Part shown: positions 30,774-41,291 of the stretch, piece by piece | How positions within the stretch are numbered: the stretch's first letter is position 1 | Layout: each line of letters starts with the position of its first letter | DNA from: Planctomycetota bacterium | GTDB lineage: Bacteria; Planctomycetota; B15-G4; JADJEK01 | Reading direction: 5' to 3' | DNA length: 64,000 nt | Assembly (NCBI GenBank): GCA_044225365.1 | Contig: JBGAIQ010000010.1 | Coordinates: 64,001 to 128,000, forward strand | Position numbers and translations under genes: made by a program | Notes under the pieces: generated by a model | Told to the model about the DNA's origin: nothing | Database searches by the model: none | The model's input: only the letters and a program-made list of their open reading frames with translations

Positions 30774-32846
30774 ATGAACCGCGCCTACTTCCTCGCCTGC
30801 GTCGTCCTCGTTCCGCTCGCTCACGCCGAGCCCCCAGCGATCCCGCTGATCACGCACGATCCGTATTTCAGCGCGTGGTCGATGAGCAGCAAGCTGACCG
30901 ACGATTGGCCGCGCCATTGGTCCGGTGCGACGCTCGGAATGTCGGGGCTCCTCGTGATCGACGGCAAGCCGTTTCGCTATTGCGGGCCGGCGCCGTCGAC
31001 TGTGCCCGCGGCCGAGCAAGTGAGCGTGGAGATCGGGCTCACGGCGACGACCTACCAGTTCGTGGCGAACGGGGTCGCGCTCGGCGTCGAGTTCCGATCG
31101 CCGCTCGGAATGGCGGACGATCCCGCGCGCGCGTCCGAGAGCATCTCGTCGATCACGTATCGAGCGAAGTCGCTGGATGCCGCCGCGCACGACGTCCACG
31201 TCTATCTCGATCTGTCGGGCGAATGGTGCTCGAACTCGGAAACCGATCGCTTCGCGTGGTCGCGGCACCACGTGGCGGGGCTCGACGTCCTCTCCCTCGG
31301 CAAAGTCGAGCAGCCGGTGCTCGAGCACACCGGAGATCAGCGCAAGATCGATTGGGGACGCATCTACTTCGCCGGGCCCGACGATGGCTCCACGCGCGCG
31401 GCCGTCGGCAGCGACGTGCGATCGCGCCGACGTTTCCTTGAAACCGGGCGTGCGCTCGAGAGCGATGACTTGAACATGCCGCGCGCCGTGAACGACTCGT
31501 GGCCCGTGCTCGCGATGACCGTCGACCTCGGCAAGGTCGAGGCGACGGCGAGCCGATCGTTGTTCGTCGGCTACGACGAGCGCCGCGCGATCGAGTTGTT
31601 CGAGCGCCCGCTGCGGCCGTTCTGGCAATCCGTTCACGGCGACGATTTCGCGGCCCGTCTGAAAGCCGCGCGCGAGGATCTCGTCGACGTCGAAAAGGCG
31701 AAGAAGCGCGACGAGGCCGAACAGGCGTTCATCGCGAGTGCGGGAGAGGTCGGGGGCAAGCCCTACGCGCGACTCGTGACTCTCGCCTTCCGCCAGGTTC
31801 TCGCCGGCAACAAGATCGTCGCCGACTGGGACGGCACGCCGCTCATGTTCCCGAAGGAGAACACGAGCAACGGATGTCTCGCGACGGTCGACGTCATCTA
31901 CCCCGCCTGTCCGTTCTTCCTGTTCCACGACCCCGCGCTGCTCGAAGCGCAATTGCTGCCGCTCCTGCAGTACGCGCGGAGTTCGCGCTGGAAGTTCCCA
32001 TTCGCCCCGCACGATCTCGGCCAGTACCCGAAGGCGAACGGGCAGGTCTATGGCGGTGGCGAGACGAGCGAGGAGAATCAGATGCCCGTCGAGGAGTCGG
32101 GCAACATGCTCGTGATGCTCGGCGCGCTCGCGAAGGTCGAGGGCAACGCCGACTTCAGCAAGCCCTATCAAGCGCAGATCGACGCCTGGGCCGAGTACCT
32201 CCGTGTCCATGGCCTCGATCCCGCGAACCAGCTCTGCACCGACGACTTCGCCGGCCATCTCGCCCGCAACGCGAATCTGTCGGCGAAGACCTGCGTCGCG
32301 CTCGGCGCGTACTCTCAGCTGCTCGCCGCGCTCGGCCGGAACGAGGACTCGCAGCGTTGGCGGAAGATCGCCGAGGAGTTCGCCGCGCGATGGCTCGAGC
32401 TCGCCGCCGGGAAGGACGCGACCGTTCTCGTCTTTCGGGAAAAGGACGCCGCGGACGATGCCCGCACCTGGAGTCAGAAGTACAACCTGATCTGGGATCG
32501 CGTGCTCGGACTCCATCTCTTCCAGGACGAGGTCTTCGAACGCGAGATGGCGTGGTACCGAACCCATCTGCAAAAGTTCGGGTTACCGCTCGACAACCGT
32601 CGCACTTACACGAAGCTCGACTGGACCTTCTGGTCGGCGTGCCTCACCGGCAAGCGCGCGGACTTCGAGACGATCCTCGCTCCGGTCTACGCTTGGTCCG
32701 AGCTGTCTCCCCCGAAGAGCCGCGTACCCTTGACGGATTGGTACGAGACCACGGATGGCTCGACGATGGGCATGCACACCCGCACGGTCGTCGGCGGGAT
32801 CTGGATGCCGCTCCTCATGAAGAAGCTCGGCATCGCGCTGAAGTAG
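30774..32846 (+). CDS. GtaA/glutaminase A-like (DUF5127/DUF4965/DUF1793) exported protein, possible glycoside hydrolase
   Basis: PLITHDPYFSAW, KENTSNG, TVDVIYP, FAPHDLG.YP, MPVEESGNM, QLCTDDFAG, WSQKYNL, YTKLDW. Confidence 0.85.
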   Translation: MNRAYFLACVVLVPLAHAEPPAIPLITHDPYFSAWSMSSKLTDDWPRHWSGATLGMSGLLVIDGKPFRYCGPAPSTVPAAEQVSVEIGLTATTYQFVANGVALGVEFRSPLGMADDPARASESISSITYRAKSLDAAAHDVHVYLDLSGEWCSNSETDRFAWSRHHVAGLDVLSLGKVEQPVLEHTGDQRKIDWGRIYFAGPDDGSTRAAVGSDVRSRRRFLETGRALESDDLNMPRAVNDSWPVLAMTVDLGKVEATASRSLFVGYDERRAIELFERPLRPFWQSVHGDDFAARLKAAREDLVDVEKAKKRDEAEQAFIASAGEVGGKPYARLVTLAFRQVLAGNKIVADWDGTPLMFPKENTSNGCLATVDVIYPACPFFLFHDPALLEAQLLPLLQYARSSRWKFPFAPHDLGQYPKANGQVYGGGETSEENQMPVEESGNMLVMLGALAKVEGNADFSKPYQAQIDAWAEYLRVHGLDPANQLCTDDFAGHLARNANLSAKTCVALGAYSQLLAALGRNEDSQRWRKIAEEFAARWLELAAGKDATVLVFREKDAADDARTWSQKYNLIWDRVLGLHLFQDEVFEREMAWYRTHLQKFGLPLDNRRTYTKLDWTFWSACLTGKRADFETILAPVYAWSELSPPKSRVPLTDWYETTDGSTMGMHTRTVVGGIWMPLLMKKLGIALK

Positions 32847-32854
32847 AGATTCTT

Positions 32855-33270
32855 GGACCGCCGGGCTCCAGCCCGACATCGGTGCAATTGGACCGCCGGG
32901 CTCCAGCCCGGCATCGGTGCAATTGGACCGCCGGGCTCCAGCCCGGCATTCATCACCCCGGCATCCATACCATCCCATTGCCGGGCGGAGCCCCGCGCTC
33001 CGGCCATACCATTGCCGGGCGGTGTGTGGTTGGACCGCCGGGCTCCAGCCCGGCATTCATCACCCCGGCGTCCGTACGATCCCATTGCCGGGCGGAGCCC
33101 GGCGCTCCGGCCATCCCATTGCCGGGCGGTGTGTGGTTGGACCGCCGGGCTCCAGCCCGGCATTCATCACCCTGGCGTCCATACCATCCCATTGCCGGGC
33201 GGAGCCCGGCATCCATACCATTGCCGGGCAGAGCCCGGCGCTCCAGCCCGGCGCTCCGGCCCGGCGCTCC
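32855..33270. repeat. BIME-like REP cluster between convergent genes
   Basis: GGACCGCCGGGCTCCAGCCCGGC at 32855, 32890, 32925 (35-bp period) and 33032, 33139 (107-bp period), alternating with inverted GCCGGGCGGAGCCCGGCGCTCC copies. Confidence 0.93.
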
Positions 33271-33272
33271 GT

Positions 33273-33809
33273 TCAGGACTCGAGCTGCTCGCGCAATGGC
33301 TTCCCGATCGCGTCCTTCGCCGAGAGCAGTGGCTCCTTCATTGGCCAATCGATGCCGATCGCGGGGTCGTTCCAGATCACGGTGATCTCGTATCCCGGGT
33401 CGTAGAGATCGGTGCACTTGTACTCGACCTCGGCGATGTCCGACGTCACGCAGAAGCCGTGCACGAAGCCCGGCGGCACGTAGAGCATCTGTTTGTTCGC
33501 CTCGGTGAGCATCACGCCGAACCACTTCCCGAAGTGAGCCGATCCCTTCCTCGCATCGACCGCGACGTCGAAGATCTCACCTCGCAGGCAGCGCACGAGC
33601 TTGCCCTGCGGCCGGCGAGTCTGCGCATGGAGTCCGCGCAGCGTTCCCTTCACCGACTTCGAGTGATTGTCCTGCACGAACGGTAAGCCGATGCCGCCGT
33701 CCTTGAACTTGCCGGCGTGATAGCTCTCGAAGAAGAACCCACGCGGGTCCTCGAAGACCTTCGGAACGACGAGGATCACTCCGGGCAGCGACGTAGGACG
33801 GAACTCCAA
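33273..33809 (-). CDS. rfbC: dTDP-4-dehydrorhamnose 3,5-epimerase
   Basis: [50 protein letters not shown]; TTG start after GGAGAG. Confidence 0.93.
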   Translation of the reverse strand: MEFRPTSLPGVILVVPKVFEDPRGFFFESYHAGKFKDGGIGLPFVQDNHSKSVKGTLRGLHAQTRRPQGKLVRCLRGEIFDVAVDARKGSAHFGKWFGVMLTEANKQMLYVPPGFVHGFCVTSDIAEVEYKCTDLYDPGYEITVIWNDPAIGIDWPMKEPLLSAKDAIGKPLREQLES

Positions 33810-33905
33810 GGCTCTCTCCAAAGGGTGTTGGCGCGATGAGGGCGCTACAACTTGCCGGATCCGCGCTTTGCGCGCAACACCCGGCAGGTACGATCCGCCC
33901 GCCCC

Positions 33906-34673
33906 ATGGAGCTCGACGCCACACGCTGGACGCTGACGATCGCCGCGGGCGTTGCCTCCGGCTTCATCAACACCTTGTCGGGCGGCGGGTCGTACCTCGT
34001 CCTCCCGCTCCTCCTCGGGCTCGGCCTCGACAGTCACGCGGCGAATGCAACGAACCGCGTCGGCGTGTTGATGCAGAGCCTCGTCGGTTTTCGGACCTTC
34101 CAAAAGAGCCGCCCGCTTCCTCGGCCGCTCCTCCTCCGTCTGTCGATCCCGATGGTGCTGGGCGGGATCGTCGGCGCGAGCATCGCCGTGAAGCTCGATT
34201 CGCGCGTGCTCGACATCGTCATCGGCGCACTGCTCGTTCTGCTCCTCGGACTCGTGCTCTGGAAACCCGAGCGGTTCCTGAAACCGCCTGCGGATCCGCC
34301 GTCGACTCTGCGCCCCCACAGCTACGTGATCATGTTCTCGCTCGGAGTCTATGGCGGCTTCATCCAGGCGGGAATCGGGCTCTTCCTGCTCGCGGCGCTC
34401 GTGCTCGATCTCGGACTCGGGCTCGTTTCCGCCAACGCTGCGAAGCTCCTGCTCGTTCTACTCATCACGCTGCCGGCCCTCGCGATCTTCGGAGCAGCGA
34501 AGCAGGTCGTATGGCCGATCGGGCTCGCGCTCGGCGTCGGTCAGTCGCTCGGCGCGTTCGTGGCGGCTCGATTCGCGACCCGCAAGGCGGAGGCCGACAA
34601 AGTCATCCGCTGGCTGCTGCTCATCGTGCTCCCGGCGACGGCGATCAAGTTGTGGTTCTTCTCGGGCCATTGA
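33906..34673 (+). CDS. TauE/SafE-family (sulfite exporter-like) membrane protein
   Basis: [27 protein letters not shown]; multiple TM helices. Confidence 0.88.
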   Translation: MELDATRWTLTIAAGVASGFINTLSGGGSYLVLPLLLGLGLDSHAANATNRVGVLMQSLVGFRTFQKSRPLPRPLLLRLSIPMVLGGIVGASIAVKLDSRVLDIVIGALLVLLLGLVLWKPERFLKPPADPPSTLRPHSYVIMFSLGVYGGFIQAGIGLFLLAALVLDLGLGLVSANAAKLLLVLLITLPALAIFGAAKQVVWPIGLALGVGQSLGAFVAARFATRKAEADKVIRWLLLIVLPATAIKLWFFSGH

Positions 34674-34675
34674 GG

Positions 34676-36703
34676 ATGCTCATGCTCGCACTCTCTTCGT
34701 ACGCTCTCTTCGTCCTCCCCTTCGCCGCTGCCTCGCAGAGTGCGGATCTCTTGACGCCCGCTCGGATCGCGAACATGAAACTCGTGACCGCGGTGGACAT
34801 CGCGCCCGACGCATCGCTCGTTGCGTTCACGCTCTCCGTGCCTCGCAAGCCGGGCGACGAGCCGACGGGACCCGCGTGGGACGAACTGCGCGTCGTCGAT
34901 CGCGCCGGGAAGGAGCGTGCCTTCATCACGGGCGAGGTCAACGTCAGCGCCGTGCGTTTCAGCAAGGACGGACGCTCGATCACCTATCTTTCCAAGCGCA
35001 ACGGCGAGAAGAACACGAGCCTCTATCGCATCCCCGTCGACGGCGGCGAGTCGCGGCGCGTGCTCACGGCGGACACGGGAATCACGTCCTATTCGTTCTC
35101 GCCCGACGAATCGAAGGTCGCGTTCCTCGCGCAGGAACCCGAGAACGAGAAACTGAAGAAGGCGAAGGAGAAGGGTTTCGACGCCGAGGTGTACGAAGAG
35201 CAGCTTCGCTTCACGCGGGCCTTCGTCGCCGATCTCGGCGCGAGCGCCGGGAAGCCGCGGATGCTACCCCTCGAAGGCAATGCGTCGGAACTATCGTGGA
35301 GTCCCGCGGGCGACAAGCTCGCGCTGGCGCTCGCTCCCACCCCGCTCGTCGATGACGAATACATGGCGCGACGCATCCGCGTCGTCGACGTCCAATCCGG
35401 CGCGGTCGTCGGCAAGATCGAGAATCCGGGCAAGCTCGGCGCGGTGAGGTTCTCCCCCGACGGCAAGTACCTCGCGTACATCTCGGCAGCGACGAAGAAC
35501 GACACCCACGAAGGCCGGCTCTTCGCCGTGCCCGTTGCCGGCGGCGCTCCCGCCGAACTCCTGCCCGACCTCGACGGACACGTCAGTGCGATCGCGTGGC
35601 GCGACGCCGATACCGTCGCCTGCGTGATCGACTCGCACGTGACGTCGTCGATCGAGGAGGTCGATGTCGACGGGAAGAATCGCCATCCGATCATCGCGGG
35701 CGGCGAGCACGTGCTCGCCGGTCTCGCGCTCGCCGCCGATGGCACCGTCGCGACGACCGACGAGAACTGGCGGCATCCGCGCGAAGTCCTCGTTTGCGCG
35801 GAATCGAAGGGGACGCCGACGCAGCTCACCGATCACAACGAGTGGATCCGCGACCTCCGGCTCGCGAAGCAGGAAGTCGCGAAGTACAAGGCGCGCGACG
35901 GCCTCGACCTCGAAGGCATCCTCGTTCGACCGCTCGACGAAGTGAGCGGGCAGCGCTACCCATTGATCCTCTGCGTCCACGGCGGACCCGAGTCCCATGT
36001 GAAGAACGGGTTCGTGACGACGTACTCGAACCCGGGCCAACTCGCCGCCGCGCACGGCATGGCGGTCTTCTATCCGAACTATCGCGGGAGCACGGGACGC
36101 GGCGTGAAGTTCGCGGCGCTCGGCCAGAAGGACGACGCCGGCGCCGAATTCGACGACCTCGTCGATGCCGCCGACTACTTCGTCCAGCAGGGCCTTGCGG
36201 ACACCGCGAAGATCGGGATCACGGGCGGCAGCTATGGCGGCTACGCGACGGCGTGGTGCGCGACGAAGTACTCCGAACGATTCGCCGCGGGCGTCATGTT
36301 CGTCGGCATCAGCGACCTCATCTCGAAGTCGGGCACGAGCGACATTCCGAATGAGAACTTCGACGTCCACGCCCGCATGTGGCCGTGGAACGACTGGAAC
36401 TTCCATCTCGAGCGCAGCCCCGTGCGATGGGTCGAGAACTGCAAGACCCCCCTCCTGATCTGCGGCGGCAAGGACGATCCGCGCGTCAATCCCGCGCAGT
36501 CGCTCGAGCTGTATCGGCAACTGAAGATCCTGGGCAAGACGCCGGTGCGACTCGTCCAGTACCCGGGCGAAGGGCACGGGAACAGGAAGTCCGCGTCGCG
36601 GTACGACTTCTGCCTCCGGATGCTGCAGTGGTTCGATCACTATCTGAAGGGCCCGGGCGGAAACCCGCCGGCCGCCGAGCTCGACTACGGCGCGGGGAAC
36701 TGA
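34676..36703 (+). CDS. S9-family (acylaminoacyl/dipeptidyl) peptidase
   Basis: Signal peptide, TolB-like propeller, VHGGP, NYRGSTG, GGSYGG, DDPRV, GEGHG. Confidence 0.92.
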   Translation: MLMLALSSYALFVLPFAAASQSADLLTPARIANMKLVTAVDIAPDASLVAFTLSVPRKPGDEPTGPAWDELRVVDRAGKERAFITGEVNVSAVRFSKDGRSITYLSKRNGEKNTSLYRIPVDGGESRRVLTADTGITSYSFSPDESKVAFLAQEPENEKLKKAKEKGFDAEVYEEQLRFTRAFVADLGASAGKPRMLPLEGNASELSWSPAGDKLALALAPTPLVDDEYMARRIRVVDVQSGAVVGKIENPGKLGAVRFSPDGKYLAYISAATKNDTHEGRLFAVPVAGGAPAELLPDLDGHVSAIAWRDADTVACVIDSHVTSSIEEVDVDGKNRHPIIAGGEHVLAGLALAADGTVATTDENWRHPREVLVCAESKGTPTQLTDHNEWIRDLRLAKQEVAKYKARDGLDLEGILVRPLDEVSGQRYPLILCVHGGPESHVKNGFVTTYSNPGQLAAAHGMAVFYPNYRGSTGRGVKFAALGQKDDAGAEFDDLVDAADYFVQQGLADTAKIGITGGSYGGYATAWCATKYSERFAAGVMFVGISDLISKSGTSDIPNENFDVHARMWPWNDWNFHLERSPVRWVENCKTPLLICGGKDDPRVNPAQSLELYRQLKILGKTPVRLVQYPGEGHGNRKSASRYDFCLRMLQWFDHYLKGPGGNPPAAELDYGAGN

Positions 36704-36734
36704 ACGGACCCGGGAAACGAACTCGCGCGGCGAT

Positions 36735-38177
36735 TCAGGCGAGGATCTCGTGCACGACGCTCCCGTGCACGTCCGTGAGTCGGCGATCGACACCCGCCGT
36801 GCGGAAGGTCAGCTTTTTATGGTCGATGCCGAGCAGGTGGAGGATCGTCGCGTGCAGGTCGTAGCACCACGTCACGCCCTCCACCGCCTTGAAGCCCAGG
36901 TCGTCGCTACGCCCGTGCGCGACTCCGCCACGGATCCCCGCGCCCGCCAACCAGGTGACGAACGATCCGCCATTGTGATCGCGTCCGAGTGAATCCTGCG
37001 CGAAGGGCGTGCGGCCGAACTCGGTGGTCCAGATCACCAACGTATCGTCGAGCAGTCCACGCGCCTTCAGATCGAGGAGGAGGCCCGCGATGGGAAGATC
37101 GACGCTCGCCGCGATCGGCGGTAGTTCCTTCTGGATGTTGGCGTGGTTGTCCCAATTGTTCACGGCGCCTTGCGGCCCACTCCACACTTGCACGACGCGC
37201 GTACCACGTTCGATCAGGCGACGCGCGAGCAGGCAGCGCCGGCCGAAGTCATCCGTGATCGGATCTCCGACGCCATAGGCGGCGCGAGTGAGGGCCGTTT
37301 CGCTGGCAAGGTCGAACGCTTCCGGCGCGGTGAGCTGCATCCTCGCCGCCAACTCGTAACCGGCGATTCGAGCTTCGAGCCGGCTGTCCTCCGGATGCAG
37401 GGTCGAATGCTCGCGATTCATCGCCCGCAGGAGCGCGAGCGAATCCGCGTCCCCCCGCGCGTCCGCGAACGTGTGCTTCTTGTCGGCGAAGAGGTCGGGG
37501 ACCGGCTCGGCGCTTTCGGCATGGAGGATCGTTCCTTGATGCCGCACGGGCAGGAATCCGGCGCTGAAGTTGGCCTTCTGGTTGTACGGCAACCCGCGCG
37601 GATCGGGGAGCACGACGAACGTCGGAAGATTGTCGGCGAGACTGCCGAGTGCGTACGAGATCCACGCGCCCATGCACGGGAAACCCGGCAACGTGAAGCC
37701 GGTGTTCATCATGTAGCTCGCGGGCCCGTGCACGTTCGTCTTCGTCGTCATGGCCATCAGGAAGGCCATTTCGTCCACCCACTTCGCCTGGTGAGGGAAC
37801 ACACTGCTCACGAATCGACCGCAGCCCCCGTGCTGCTCGAACGCGAACGGACTCTTCAGGACCGCGCCGGGCTGGCCAGTCTGGCCCTCGGGCTTCTCCT
37901 TCGGACCGAGCATCTGTCCGTGCAGTCGCGCCAACTCTGGCTTGGGGTCGAACGTGTCCATCGGGCTCACGCCGCCGTTCATGAATAACTGGATCACGCG
38001 TCGCGCCTTCGCCGAGTGATGCAGACCGCCGTTCAATTCGAGTCGCATTCGCGACTCTGCGGGCGATCCGAGCCCATCCCGCGCGAGGAGTTGCGAAAGC
38101 GCGATGCCTGCGACGCCGCCCGCGCTGCGCGCCAGGAATTCGCGACGGGACGTCTTGTTCGTGAGATGGTCACCCAT
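36735..38177 (-). CDS. DUF1501 protein (planctomycete sulfatase-like)
   Basis: SRREFL Tat-like start, VIQLFMNGGVSPMDTFDPKP, WDNH, EFGRTP, GRDHN, DLHATILHLLG, RRLTDVHG. Confidence 0.9.
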   Translation of the reverse strand: MGDHLTNKTSRREFLARSAGGVAGIALSQLLARDGLGSPAESRMRLELNGGLHHSAKARRVIQLFMNGGVSPMDTFDPKPELARLHGQMLGPKEKPEGQTGQPGAVLKSPFAFEQHGGCGRFVSSVFPHQAKWVDEMAFLMAMTTKTNVHGPASYMMNTGFTLPGFPCMGAWISYALGSLADNLPTFVVLPDPRGLPYNQKANFSAGFLPVRHQGTILHAESAEPVPDLFADKKHTFADARGDADSLALLRAMNREHSTLHPEDSRLEARIAGYELAARMQLTAPEAFDLASETALTRAAYGVGDPITDDFGRRCLLARRLIERGTRVVQVWSGPQGAVNNWDNHANIQKELPPIAASVDLPIAGLLLDLKARGLLDDTLVIWTTEFGRTPFAQDSLGRDHNGGSFVTWLAGAGIRGGVAHGRSDDLGFKAVEGVTWCYDLHATILHLLGIDHKKLTFRTAGVDRRLTDVHGSVVHEILA

Positions 38178-38189
38178 GATCGATCGACA

Positions 38190-41150
38190 TCACTCGATGA
38201 ACAAGAACTCGCTGGTGTTGAACAGGACTCGACACGCGGCCGGCAAACCGTGACTCCCGACCAGTGTCTCGAACGCTTTGGCCTCCTCGGCGGTGGGCTC
38301 GCGCAGCAGCGTGAGCAAGAAGGCTCGTTGAATCTGCGCAGTCGGAGTCACCACTGTCGAAGCGATTCTCTCGGCGAGGAACTCCGAATGACGCAACACG
38401 AACTCGTCGTTGAACAATGCGAGCGACTGCAAGGCGGAGGCCGAGAAGCTTCGCGCGGGTGAGAGCAATCCCAGATCGGGGAAGTCGAGAGCCTCCATGA
38501 ACGGATCGGCGATGCTGCGCCATACGACGCGGTAGATGCTGCGTCGTCGCGCCGCCGGCGAGCCCCAATCGAAGTTCGCGTAATCGAGGATCGGCGTCGA
38601 TTGCGGTCCGGGCCTCGACGTGAACTGCGCCACGCCAGGTCCTCCCATCGTGAGGTCGATCCGCCCGCTGATCGCGAGCACGCTGTCGCGAATCGCATCG
38701 GCGTCGAGCCGTCTTCGATTCATGCGCCACAGCAAGCGATTGTCGGGATCGACTGCGATCGCGGAGGCATTCGCGATCGACGAGCGACGGTAGGCTTCGC
38801 TCGTCACGATGAGGCGATGGAGCGCTTTCAACGACCCGCGCGCATCGTCGCGGAACCACACGGCGAGCCAGTCGAGGAGATCGGGATGCGAGGGGACACC
38901 ACCCATGCGACCGAAGTCGCTTGGCGTGTCGCAGAGGCCGACTCCGAAGTGGTACTGGAAGACCCGGTTCACGATGCTGCGCCAGGTCAGCGGGTTCTTC
39001 GGATCGGCGATCCAATCGGCGAGAGCGGCGCGCCGCGCGCCTTCGTCCTTCCCATCGGCGAGCGCGAAGCGAGCGGGCAGCGCGGTCACGGCGGAGAGTG
39101 CGCCGGGACCGACCTCGGGCCCGGGCTTGTCGAGCTCTCCGCGCTTCAACACATGGATCACGCTCGGGCTCGCGATCGTGACGACGCCCCGCTCGTTCTC
39201 CGCGCAGCGCGAGGCTGCCCACACCTTCTTCTGCGGCGGCAGGCTCGCGAGTTCGTCGCGCGTTCGCGCATGGAGCACGTCGCCCGCGAGCGCGACGCGC
39301 TGATCTTCGGACCGTTGCGACGCAGGAATCCGAAGGACCGCCTCTGCGGCGCTCTCGATCGCCTCGAGAGGCGCGGTCGGTCCATTCGCCGCGGAGAGCT
39401 TGAAGCGACCGAGGAGGTGGCCGCGTCCTTGGAGCTGTCGCAGGGTGATCGCGAGTCTCGTCTCCTTGTCGACGACGAGCGGCTCCTTCAGTTCGAGGAC
39501 TGCGTGATGCGGCGTTCCGACCTCCGGATGGATCGCCCACGAGGTCGAGCGATCGGCGTCGATCGCCTTCGCGACGCCGAATCCGCTCTGCTCGAAATCC
39601 GCGGTCGCGCGACGGAGCGATACGACCTCGGGCGCTGAGGCATCCTTCGAAAACGCTTCGATCTCGATCGAGCTGAGATGGAGGTTGCCGTTGCTCGCCC
39701 GGCCCGGCCCGCGCGCGGGGAGGGAATCATCGGTCATCAGATCGAGTCGCAGCGCGGTGATCCGCTCGAGCTTGCTCGTCGCCGTGATGGTGATCGTGTC
39801 CGTGTCCGGCGTCGGGCCGCTCGAGAGGAGCGAACCATCGGGCAGTCGTTCGAGACGACAGCCCTCCGCCGATACGAAGGAGTCCGGTACGAGCGTCTCC
39901 CAGGAAGCTGCGGTGGCCCGCGTCGCCTCCCATTCTTCGACGATCGCCGAGTTCTCTCGCGACAGTAGGACCGTGCGATCCCGGCGGACCACCGCCGCCT
40001 CGAGCTCGTTCGCGAGGCGGCGTCGCTTGGAGACGACCGGATCGACGTCGTACGCGATGTCACCACGTCCGATGCCCGCGAAGTCGGCCTGAAGCGCGAA
40101 GTAGTCCTCCTGCGTGATCGGATCGAATTTGTGGGCGTGGCAGCGCGCGCAGTTCGCCGTCGTGCTCACGAACGCCGCCATCGTCTGGGTCACGAGATCA
40201 TCGCGATCGAAGTAAGCAAAGCTGGTGGGAGCCGTAGCGGCCGCGCTGCTGTCGTAGTTGCCCGCCCCGAGGAACCCGAGAGCGGGAGTGAGTTGCGTCT
40301 CCTCGGGATAGAAGACGTCGGTCGCCAGTTGCTCGCGAACGAAGCGGTCCCACGGCGTATCGCGATTGAACGAGTCGATCACGTAGTCGCGGAATGGCCA
40401 CGCGTTCGGGCGCAGGTCGTCGTGTTCGAAGCCGTGCGTGTCGGCGAAGTGGATGGTGTCGAGCCAATGACGCGCCCAGCACTCCCCGTAGCGCGGAGAG
40501 TCGAGCAGTCGGTCGACGAGCTTCTCGTAGGCCGAAGGGTCCGGATCGGCGACGAAGGCGGCGACGTCCTCGGGGGAAGGCGGCAGCCCGGTGAGGTCGA
40601 GCGTGAGGCGACGCATCAGTGTGCGGCGATCCGCCGAAGCGACGGGCGCGATCCCGGCCGCGAGAAGACGCTCGCGGACGAATGCGTCGATGGGATGCTC
40701 TGCGAGCTTCGGCACGCTCGGACGCACCAGCGGTTTCAGCGACCACGAATCGCCGCTCGGCCTCGTATCCGTGACTCTGGGATCGGGTGCGCCGAGTTCC
40801 ACCCAGCGTCGCAGCACTTCGATCTCGGCATCCGCGAGTGGCGCCTTCGGCGGCATGCGATGTTCGGCGTCCGACCACGTCACCATCTTGATGAGGAGGC
40901 TCGCATCGATGTCGCCCGGGACCACGGCGGGCCCCGAGTCTCCTCCGCGCTCCCAGCCCGAACGCGAGTCGAGCGTGAGCCCGCCCTTCATCTCGCCGGA
41001 CGAATGCGAGTGGCACTCGAAACAGTCGCGTTCGAGCAACGGCACCACTTTCGTCGCGAAGAACTCGTCGGCGCGGCCGGTGCGTGCATCGACCGAAGGG
41101 GCCGTCGCGATGAGGACGGCGCAGGAGACGATGATCCGAAACCGGCTCAT
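38190..41150 (-). CDS. PSD1/planctomycete cytochrome c domain protein (DUF1549/DUF1553)
   Basis: CFECH and CARCHAHKFDPI heme motifs, HPIDAF, YGECWARHWLD, NPLT.R.IVNR, PSHPDLLDWLA. Confidence 0.92.
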   Translation of the reverse strand: MSRFRIIVSCAVLIATAPSVDARTGRADEFFATKVVPLLERDCFECHSHSSGEMKGGLTLDSRSGWERGGDSGPAVVPGDIDASLLIKMVTWSDAEHRMPPKAPLADAEIEVLRRWVELGAPDPRVTDTRPSGDSWSLKPLVRPSVPKLAEHPIDAFVRERLLAAGIAPVASADRRTLMRRLTLDLTGLPPSPEDVAAFVADPDPSAYEKLVDRLLDSPRYGECWARHWLDTIHFADTHGFEHDDLRPNAWPFRDYVIDSFNRDTPWDRFVREQLATDVFYPEETQLTPALGFLGAGNYDSSAAATAPTSFAYFDRDDLVTQTMAAFVSTTANCARCHAHKFDPITQEDYFALQADFAGIGRGDIAYDVDPVVSKRRRLANELEAAVVRRDRTVLLSRENSAIVEEWEATRATAASWETLVPDSFVSAEGCRLERLPDGSLLSSGPTPDTDTITITATSKLERITALRLDLMTDDSLPARGPGRASNGNLHLSSIEIEAFSKDASAPEVVSLRRATADFEQSGFGVAKAIDADRSTSWAIHPEVGTPHHAVLELKEPLVVDKETRLAITLRQLQGRGHLLGRFKLSAANGPTAPLEAIESAAEAVLRIPASQRSEDQRVALAGDVLHARTRDELASLPPQKKVWAASRCAENERGVVTIASPSVIHVLKRGELDKPGPEVGPGALSAVTALPARFALADGKDEGARRAALADWIADPKNPLTWRSIVNRVFQYHFGVGLCDTPSDFGRMGGVPSHPDLLDWLAVWFRDDARGSLKALHRLIVTSEAYRRSSIANASAIAVDPDNRLLWRMNRRRLDADAIRDSVLAISGRIDLTMGGPGVAQFTSRPGPQSTPILDYANFDWGSPAARRRSIYRVVWRSIADPFMEALDFPDLGLLSPARSFSASALQSLALFNDEFVLRHSEFLAERIASTVVTPTAQIQRAFLLTLLREPTAEEAKAFETLVGSHGLPAACRVLFNTSEFLFIE

Positions 41151-41291
41151 CCATTCACCTCCGCACGAGCGTTGACCATCAAGGCGAACGAAAAGGCGAA
41201 CGCAGGAAGTTCACGTCATTAGGTACCTGCCGGCGCGCGCTGTCAATCTTCTCTCGCCGCCCCGCGGCCGATTCGGCCGCTCACGACGGAT

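Noticed and set aside
32855-33270. CRISPR-like periodic repeat and its ORFs
   Set aside because: Spacers are repeated and repeats alternate in orientation, which fits a REP/BIME.
33836-34675. N-terminal extension of the 955-aa S9 peptidase ORF (and of the rfbC ORF to 34319)
   Set aside because: Overlaps the TauE gene in another frame or strand; real starts are 34676 and 33809.
41215-41246. Perfect TTGACA on the - strand upstream of the PSD1 gene
   Set aside because: No convincing -10 box at 16-18 bp (CCTAAT at 17), so not called as a promoter.
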